Both the position numbers and the translations under genes were made by a program. Shown piece by piece: positions 55,701 to 62,700 of a DNA stretch of 64,000 nucleotides; position 1 is the first letter of the stretch; every line of letters starts with the position of its first letter. Under the pieces are notes generated by a model. The model was not told the origin of the DNA. It saw only the letters and a list, made by a program, of their open reading frames with translations, and made no database searches. Source of the DNA: Ruminococcus sp. (GTDB lineage: Bacteria > Bacillota > Clostridia > Oscillospirales > Acutalibacteraceae); NCBI GenBank assembly GCA_045593025.1, contig JAZNVW010000016.1:44537-108536 (forward strand). The letters are read 5' to 3'.

Positions 55701-57295
55701 AAGAATACTATAATATGAGGCGCTTTATCAGCTTGCGAATTTTGTGAACGTTGTGTTAGTTCATTATACAAATAATCGAACGTACGACTCTTACTTTCAT
55801 CGTCAACAGCGATATTTCTATATGATGTTGCTTCGTTATATACATGAGGTAAAAATCTTAACCAACTAATCTTAGGAGCATTTTCTTTTGCAGCTACAAA
55901 GAACAATTGTACATCAGTATAATACTGGCGAGCACAAATATCGATTATTAGGTTCTTCATGATAGAAAAACGACAATCCATATTTCCAATTATACCAATT
56001 GCGTTACTTTCTCGAAACTCACAAACAACGGGTGCATTTTCTAATGCTGAAAATTCCTGAGACACCTGTTGTGGTATTAACTGTAAATCATCTTCAACTT
56101 CTAAGCATTCTTGTTTTTTGTATTCAACATCTCTAGATGGCGTAACGCTACCTAATCCCAATCGCACTTGCAGGAAATCATCATCAAATATTCGTCTATC
56201 AAACAAATCACTAGAATAATCTATGAATCTCGTATACTCCGTTGATATATCTAAATACATCTGTTCTAAAGCTTGTCTTTCTTCATCTCTATATTTAGAT
56301 ATATCCGAACGCTTTCTTTCTATATATTTATTGTATTTTTCTATTCTCTCTTCGTTTTGTTTTTTAAACTCAACCTTATTTTGAATCGCGGTCATAACAG
56401 CTGTTACAATTGCCATTCCTCCAGAAATAAGGCTAAACACCACCATAGTACCGCCCATAGAAGCCATCAAGCCAGACGCCACTAACATACCTAGTGATGG
56501 TAAAAGACTCATCAACAAATTAGATTTTGCTTTTTGCGGTTTTGGAGGCGGATCAAGAACCTCGATTTTATCCGTATTTAAGACTGTCCTAATTCTAGTA
56601 TTACGACTAAATTTCGGATAGTTATTAGGGTTCGGATAATCAGTATAGGATAGTCCGTTTACAAATAAGTCTCCTCTAATTTCTGTCCACAAAATGTCAT
56701 TCTTATAGTAAAAATTAAAATCAGATATTGAGAAAAAATCCCCGTTCTTCACTACGCATCCGCTTATAGCTCTTGAACCATTATAGTAAACACCATATGT
56801 CGCTTTCCTGATTTGCAAATCAAAGCCTTTTGAGGATTTTTGTAATTCTATAACATCATCTTTAACAAAAGCACTCTTAAGCTTCACCTGACAATAATCA
56901 TCTGTTCCTATTCTAATCGAAGAACAACCAACAAGACTAATCGCTCTTTCATACTTAATTTTGCTATTGTTAAAATCAATTAGAAATTCTATTGTGAAAG
57001 CATCTATATTCGATTCTACGTATCTAATCGTAAATAAATCCCCATGCTTTGGAGAAAGTGCCATAAGCTTTCTACTATCTCCTACTGAAAAATAAAAGCT
57101 ATCAGAACACAACAAAGTCCACTCATTATTCTTCTTAATAAAATTAAGTTCAATTGGTTCAAAGAACAAATCTCTGTGTAATCTAAAATCACAACCTACA
57201 CTTGTACCTAATTTCGCTTCATTTTTACCAATAGGCAACTCAAATTCTTTATATAAATTTTTGTTTGATATTATTATTTTATATCTGTACTCCAT
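52781..57295 (-). CDS. essC: type VII secretion FtsK/SpoIIIE-family ATPase EssC
   Basis: 1504 aa with N-terminal FHA-like repeats and two TM helices (LLMSLLPSLGMLVASGLMA.., VVFSLISGGMAIVTAVMTAI). Three P-loop domains are present: GTTGSGKSE with IVDEFAEL, GSAQNGKTN, and the degenerate GKANTGHKN. Confidence 0.95.
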   Translation of the reverse strand: MEYRYKIIISNKNLYKEFELPIGKNEAKLGTSVGCDFRLHRDLFFEPIELNFIKKNNEWTLLCSDSFYFSVGDSRKLMALSPKHGDLFTIRYVESNIDAFTIEFLIDFNNSKIKYERAISLVGCSSIRIGTDDYCQVKLKSAFVKDDVIELQKSSKGFDLQIRKATYGVYYNGSRAISGCVVKNGDFFSISDFNFYYKNDILWTEIRGDLFVNGLSYTDYPNPNNYPKFSRNTRIRTVLNTDKIEVLDPPPKPQKAKSNLLMSLLPSLGMLVASGLMASMGGTMVVFSLISGGMAIVTAVMTAIQNKVEFKKQNEERIEKYNKYIERKRSDISKYRDEERQALEQMYLDISTEYTRFIDYSSDLFDRRIFDDDFLQVRLGLGSVTPSRDVEYKKQECLEVEDDLQLIPQQVSQEFSALENAPVVCEFRESNAIGIIGNMDCRFSIMKNLIIDICARQYYTDVQLFFVAAKENAPKISWLRFLPHVYNEATSYRNIAVDDESKSRTFDYLYNELTQRSQNSQADKAPHIIVFFYDECGFQTHPLSNYVNKLKDLAATFVFMAEEKSKIPQGCSQLIFVDSYNKGRLVNSNNQDDTVDFTYNGISDEDAKKIVNLLAPIFTEEISLEGALTKNISLFEMFGILMVDDLNLDQRWANSKVFQSMAAPIGVTKTGIISLDLHDKAHGPHGLVAGTTGSGKSEILQTYILSIATIFHPYEVAFVIIDFKGGGMANQFKDLPHMLGAITNIDGKEIDRSLKSIKAELQKRQRLFAEAEVNHIDKYIQKYKAGKVSVPIPHLVLIVDEFAELKAEQPEFMKELISAARIGRSLGVHLILATQKPSGQVDEQIWSNSKFKLCLKVQSQEDSNEVIKSPLAAEIKEPGRAYLQVGNNEVFELFQSAYSGAPEKMAEAEIKEFALFEVSAAGKRTPIYVQKKKKTSGSVFTQLESIVEYVHNYCGVKGISRLPNICLPSLPKHIEYSKANMKKNSLIGLGIYDDPDNQIQGVASMDFDNKNTFVLGSAQNGKTNILQSLIRTIASTSSPKESTIYILDFGSMVLKNFENLNHVGGVVCSSDDEKLKNMFKLLFSEILTRKERLVSVGVSSYSSYVEAGYSDLPHIYLMIDNLTALIELYLADDDSLLNILREGLSVGISTIVTNSQTTGIGYRYLSNFANKMALCCNDTSEYSALFDHVTLKPDEVPGRCILEVDKRILECQTYLAFEGEKEYARVQQMQEFVININDKYIGIKAKQIPYIPTVLTMDAIKYEFDAQSEGYKVPVGLTYQDVEPYYLDISQLGIIGLCGKANTGHKNFLAYLFDVLESNIETNPAKVVLFDDVTRKLECFKESKLVTTYSLGVDKVTDIIQEWHSVLTERYNTLIENGSINGNSELLLMIIQNNDVAKKISEDYSILDMFNDIVSRFKGMNVAIIFSNYSNSSVSYDAPEPIRTVKQEQHLLFFEDLDNLKPFDVPYEDIRNNRKRLEVGDAYYIHDNNVVKLKLVKAKEQPDS

Positions 57296-57306
57296 AATAT
57301 CACCCC

Positions 57307-57561
57307 TTATTCCGTGTAATAAATAACACTTCCATTACGAATTCCATATTCCTTTAGCGTTTTGTTACCTCTAAGAAGTGCTATTGGATTTTCAGATTTC
57401 AAATAGCATTTCTTAATGTCTGTTGTATCGATATTCAGTCTATAAGCCGTATTAAGTCCAATCACCAACTCTGTTGCAGTTATATCAAGTGGCACTTCAA
57501 TATCAACACTGGTATTATTCTTAGCGTTATTAAAAATCACAATTGCTTTATCATTATTCAT
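57307..57561 (-). CDS. esaB: YukD/EsaB ubiquitin-like T7SS protein
   Basis: 84 aa: VDIEVPLDITATELVIGLNTAY...TLKEYGIRNGSVIY fits the beta-grasp YukD pattern. It lies directly upstream of essC. Confidence 0.8.
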   Translation of the reverse strand: MNNDKAIVIFNNAKNNTSVDIEVPLDITATELVIGLNTAYRLNIDTTDIKKCYLKSENPIALLRGNKTLKEYGIRNGSVIYYTE

Positions 57562-57572
57562 ATATATACCCC

Positions 57573-58631
57573 TTAAATAATCAAATAGGCAATTTTTTGT
57601 ATATCTTTATCGTTTGATAAATCGTTAATAGATATATCATCATAAGCGGAGTAGTGTCCTATATAATCAACAACACTGTATTTTTTATTAATCGCAGGAG
57701 AGATCAAATAATTAGGTGCATCATCAACAAAGTTATTACACACAAAAATAAACTTATCACTCGTAACCCCATTCAAATTCGATACTAGTAGATTTGTTGC
57801 TTTTACCGAATACTTGCTCTGTGAAGTAACAACAACAACTTTATCTGCTATATCAATCAAACGAACTTGTTCCTCATCAAATGCCGACTCTACATCAATT
57901 ACTATACAATCGTATTCACCGCTGTTTTTTGCAGAAACAGCAATGTTTTCATACACACTAAAATCTATGCCATAAGACATCAACGCCGTTTTAAAGGGTG
58001 GTAAATAGCTAAACTCTTCTTTTCTCACCACATGCTTGATTGCCGAGTATATATTAGTGTTTTCCATTGTCAATTTTGCATACACATCCGAAGCTGCAAT
58101 TGGCTCTTGATTCACAAGCAAAGACTGAAAACATTGCAGTCTTGCGGCATTTATATACAGAACTCTTTTATAATTCTTACTCAAATACGAACAAATACCA
58201 AGTGCAACAGTAGTTTTACCTACACCTCCGGAAGCCGAGCATACGAGTGCTATCTGCGTTTCCTTGTGTTCAACATCCTGCAATTCTAACGAGGATGAAC
58301 CTTTTCCGCTAATAACATTAAAAATCTCTTTAAGACTTGTATATTTATATATAAATGTTATATTTGATGGTTTTTCTATTTGCTGTGAAGGTTGTTCAGT
58401 CATAACAAAGATATTACCTATATTATGTAAACTAAGCGATGAAGAGTATAACTCTTCAGAAACAACCAAAATATCTACTTTTTGAGGAGCAGAAAAAACT
58501 TCATCAAAAAAAATCCTATCGGTTATTATTTCTAAATCAATATTATCATAATATTTTTCTATAAATCGTTGCTGCAAAGGTATTATGTACTTACTATCAG
58601 TATCAGCAATAATAATTCTTGGATTAACCAT
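57573..58631 (-). CDS. CpaE/TadZ-like protein: receiver-like N-domain + ParA/MinD-class ATPase
   Basis: The N-terminus (RIIIADTDSKYI...VDILVVSEELY) has a CheY-like topology. The Walker A is IALVCSASGGVGKTTVALG and the Walker B-like motif is CIVIDVES. Confidence 0.7.
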   Translation of the reverse strand: MVNPRIIIADTDSKYIIPLQQRFIEKYYDNIDLEIITDRIFFDEVFSAPQKVDILVVSEELYSSSLSLHNIGNIFVMTEQPSQQIEKPSNITFIYKYTSLKEIFNVISGKGSSSLELQDVEHKETQIALVCSASGGVGKTTVALGICSYLSKNYKRVLYINAARLQCFQSLLVNQEPIAASDVYAKLTMENTNIYSAIKHVVRKEEFSYLPPFKTALMSYGIDFSVYENIAVSAKNSGEYDCIVIDVESAFDEEQVRLIDIADKVVVVTSQSKYSVKATNLLVSNLNGVTSDKFIFVCNNFVDDAPNYLISPAINKKYSVVDYIGHYSAYDDISINDLSNDKDIQKIAYLII

Positions 58632-58647
58632 TGTTATTCACCCACTC

Positions 58648-59565
58648 TTATCCAATAATAACTTTAAACTCACTGTTGGCAAGTCGAACGATATCACCAT
58701 TTTTAATCAAAAAGATTTCACCTGACGACACTCTTTCTCCATTAATATAGGTTCCATTAACACTGCCTAAATCTGTAATACTATACCTACCGTTATGTTG
58801 CATTATTTTGCAATGTGAGCGACTTATCATTTTGTTATAAGGAACAACTCCATCTACAACGCCTTGCTTTTTACCTATAGTAAATTCATCTTTAGTAACA
58901 TATATTTCAAGAGGAAATGAAGGATTCAATGAAACTAACTTCATAACCATATTCTCTCTTACAACATCATCAGATTTATTGCCACCCTTAGAATCTGCAA
59001 AACCAGCAGTTTTTACTTTATTATAAAGATTTTCTAACGATATCAATCCATTTGACAAATCAGCAGCTAATTGAAAAGTCTGAGACGATGATAATGAAGG
59101 TATATTCTGAATAAGTTTTATCAAATTTGAGCGTAGTGTATTCTCAAATGAAGCAGTATCAACAAACAATCTTTTTGTTATAGGCAGATAAACCAATCCA
59201 ATTTTATAAGTTGCAGGATCAAAATATATTTGATTTAAGGAAAGATCTATGTTCTGACAAGATAAAAAACCATTACTTTTAACTGAAATTATGTCATCAA
59301 GCAAATTCTTTACAATATTTAAAAAAGTTTTAGAATCTAAAGAATACAAAACACTTTCAAGAGACTTATATCCATCGGTTAAATAATAAAGCTGAACTTT
59401 CCCATTAAACAATGCTTTTACACATTTAATAAATGTGCCGTCCTCCTGGCTTTGCAGAACTTTATACTCAGTTAAAGAAAAAATGTCATTTTCATTTATC
59501 ACATAAGCAAAATTTTCACCACACACCATTTCGCTCAAGACACCATTTTCAACTAAAACATTCAC
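58648..59565 (-). CDS. FHA-domain protein with an uncharacterised ~190-aa N-terminal domain
   Basis: The C-terminus (FTIGKK...ISRSHCKIMQHNGRYSITDLGSVNGTYINGERV) is a canonical FHA domain with the R/S/H/N core residues. The N-domain is not recognised, and there is no TM helix. Confidence 0.85.
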   Translation of the reverse strand: MNVLVENGVLSEMVCGENFAYVINENDIFSLTEYKVLQSQEDGTFIKCVKALFNGKVQLYYLTDGYKSLESVLYSLDSKTFLNIVKNLLDDIISVKSNGFLSCQNIDLSLNQIYFDPATYKIGLVYLPITKRLFVDTASFENTLRSNLIKLIQNIPSLSSSQTFQLAADLSNGLISLENLYNKVKTAGFADSKGGNKSDDVVRENMVMKLVSLNPSFPLEIYVTKDEFTIGKKQGVVDGVVPYNKMISRSHCKIMQHNGRYSITDLGSVNGTYINGERVSSGEIFLIKNGDIVRLANSEFKVIIG

Positions 59566-59640
59566 TAAGAATACCCCCTAAACCATTAAGCTGTTTATCA
59601 CAAGTTAAACTGTAAGAGCTTATAATTTAACTTCTAATAA

Positions 59641-59680
59641 ACAAATCTTTCCTCCCGTGCAGAGTAAATCTGCACGGGAG
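59641..59680 (-). terminator. putative (possibly partial) terminator after the PASTA kinase gene
   Basis: 11-bp stem CTCCCGTGCAG/CTGCACGGGAG. The downstream minus-strand tail GAAAGATTTGTTTATT is only moderately T-rich. Confidence 0.5.
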
Positions 59681-59712
59681 ACAAACATGTTAATCCAATT
59701 AGAAACACATAA

Positions 59713-62700
59713 TCAACCAGAATATTTAAACTGTGCTATCCAACCCCATTTTCCGTTATAATTTATGTATCCCCAAATGTAAGTTCCATCCCAATAGTTT
59801 CCATATACCGACAATGTTACACCTTGTCCTACCGTACCAAGCGAAGAATAACCGGTTCCCGCTCCAGAACGAATATTATAAGTTGTATTAGTTGTAAATG
59901 ATGGACTCTTAACCGTAACCCTACATTGAGCAGTATTTCCATTGTATGTCGTTACAGTTAAGTATGCGATATTAGAAGAAGTTGCAGTGGAAGATGTTGA
60001 ATCTGTTCCAACCGCACACACAACTCCACTACCATCCCACACATTGCCTTTTACATAAATTATTTTATTATCACTTGAGGACAGGCTCAATGAATGAGGT
60101 CTGTATACAGACGCACTATATGTTGCTTTTTGTGTTCCATTTAAATAAACATAAACAGATGCTGTCTTTGTTGTGTTATAGTCTATCAAACAAGGTGTTA
60201 CAGTAATAGTTGCTACATTACCACTTTGACTAACAGACGTTGTCACTACACTTGTATTACTACTAGAGGCAGTAACTTTGGTTGCAGAGGAATTTGTTGT
60301 AACTGTAAATTTCTTAGGTGTGCGATCCCATGAATGACTTACAGAGATACTAACCTCTTCACCAACATATACTGTACTTGAATAATCTGTTATTTCGATT
60401 CCAGTGTCAAGCACCTTGAATGAACCACTATAACTACTCATACTAACAATACTGTCGTTGCTTACACTAACAGTAAATGTCGTTGTTTTGCCTCCGTAAC
60501 TAACTGTAATTGTTTTTGTTCCGGAGGAAGAGAACCCACCTGTTGGCGAACAACTAAATCCGTTTGAAATTGTCTTTGTGGAACCATTATTATATTTAGC
60601 TGTTAATGTCAAACCTGAATCATTAAATGATTCGCCCACATAATACGAAGTCTTTGATGGTTTACTCTTAACTGTAATTGACGACAACTCAAGCTTTGAT
60701 ACAGATACAGTGAATGTTGTTGTTTTACCTTCATAAGTAACTGTAATTGTTTTAGTACCTGAAGAAGATAACGATGTTGGTGAACAACTGAATCCACTTG
60801 AAATTGTCTTAGATGTACCATTATTGTATTTAACAGTTAATGATAAACCCGAAGTGTTAAGCGTATCGCCTTCATAATACGAAGTTTTTGTAGGTCCACT
60901 CTTAACCGAAATAGAGGAAACAACCACATCTTCCACATACACTGTGAATGTTGTTGTCTTTCCTTCATAAGAAACCGTGATTGTTTTTGTACCTGATGAA
61001 GACAATGTTGTTGGTGAACAGCTAAAACCACTTGTTATGGTTTTTGTCGTTCCGTTGTTACACTTAACAGTTAGAGATAATCCGGATGTATTAAGTGTTT
61101 CACCCTTATAGTAGGATGTCTTTGTAGGTTTGTTATTAACTGATATAGAAGTAGGCTCAACCTTCTCAACATTAACTGTAAATGTTGTCGTAAATCCTTC
61201 ATAAGAAACCGTGATTGTTTTTGTACCTGATGAAGACAATGTTGTCGGCGAACAACTAAAACCACTTGTTATAGTTTTTGTTGTTCCATTGTTATACTTA
61301 ACACTCAAAGACAAACCAGAAGTATTAAGAGAATCCCCTTCATAGTAGGATGTCTTTGTAGGTTTGTTTTGAATACTTATAGAAATAGGATCTACTGATT
61401 TAACATTAACTGAAAATGTTGTTGTTTTACCATTGTAAGTTACTGTAATTGACTTTGTACCAGACGAAGATAACTTTGTTGGTGTGCAACTAAAACCAGT
61501 TGTAACAATTTTTGTTGTTCCATTATTATATGTTTCTGTTAAAGTCAATCCAGATGTATCGAGTGTATCACCCACATAATAAGATGTTTTTGAGGGATTA
61601 CTCTTAACAGATATATATGCTGGAAGAACTTTCTCAACGTTAACTGTAAACTTTGTTGTTTTACCCTCGTAACTTACCGAAATCGTCTGTGTTCCGGACG
61701 CCGTTAAAGTTGTCGGAGAGCAAGTAAAATCATTGAAAATAGTTTTTGAAGTTCCATCATTATATTTTGCAACAAGCGATAAACCTGATGCATTTAATGT
61801 ATCTCCCACAAAATAATCTGTTATACTAGGCTCTGTTCTAACTGAAATTTCAGTCACTACTATTTTAGTCCAATGAGCATACAAGGTTTGCGAAGAAGTG
61901 ATTTCTACCTTTGACGATGATGTAATATTAGAACCGCCACTCGCAGAGGTATACCAACCATCAAAGATGTAACCACTTCTTATAGGTGTTGGCAATGTTC
62001 CGTATGTAGATGCATATACAACATTTTTACTTGATGTCGCTACACTACCACCATTTGCATTAAAGGTTACTGTATATCCCTTTTCACTCCAGTGAGCATA
62101 CAAGGTTTGATTGCCTGCTGTTGTATACTTTGATTCCGAAAGGATTTCAGTTCCGCCGCTCGCCGATGTATACCATCCAACAAATGTATATCCTGAACGA
62201 CTAACAGTTTCAAGGTCACCATATTTTGACCCATAAGAAACTTTCTTAGATGAGGGTGCTGCTCCACCACCATTTGTATTAAAAGACACTGTATATTCAT
62301 TAGCCGTCCATTGGGCATACAATGTATGGCTTGAAGGAGTTGTTACGATTGTACTTGAGGTAACCTTAACACCGCCTGACTTAGCGGAATACCAACCTTT
62401 AAATGAATATCCTTCTCTTTCAGGAGTAGGAAGCTCGCCATAACCTTCATTCAAATAAAGCGTATTACTGCCGTTGCTAACAGAACCTCCATTAGCATTA
62501 AAAGAAACGTTAATGGGCTGTTTTCCTTTGCTCACATATATAATAATTGTTGAATTCGGCAACTGAGCTGTGCCAGCCTTTGGCGACTGACTAATAACCT
62601 TACCTGCGGCAACTGTAGAATCATAGTTTTCCAGCACTGTTACTTTAAATCCTTGTCCCTTAAGAATACTAGTGGCATCAGATTCGGATTTTCCTACTAC

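Noticed and set aside
58648-59200. N-domain of the FHA protein as a divergent EssB pseudokinase
   Set aside because: There is no TM segment or extracellular half as in EssB/YukC, and I could see no kinase-fold motifs. It is left as unknown pending profile or structure comparison.
60609-61265. Three 64-70-aa minus-strand ORFs with similar sequences
   Set aside because: They are alternative-frame echoes of the tandem Ig-like repeats inside the kinase gene, not independent genes.
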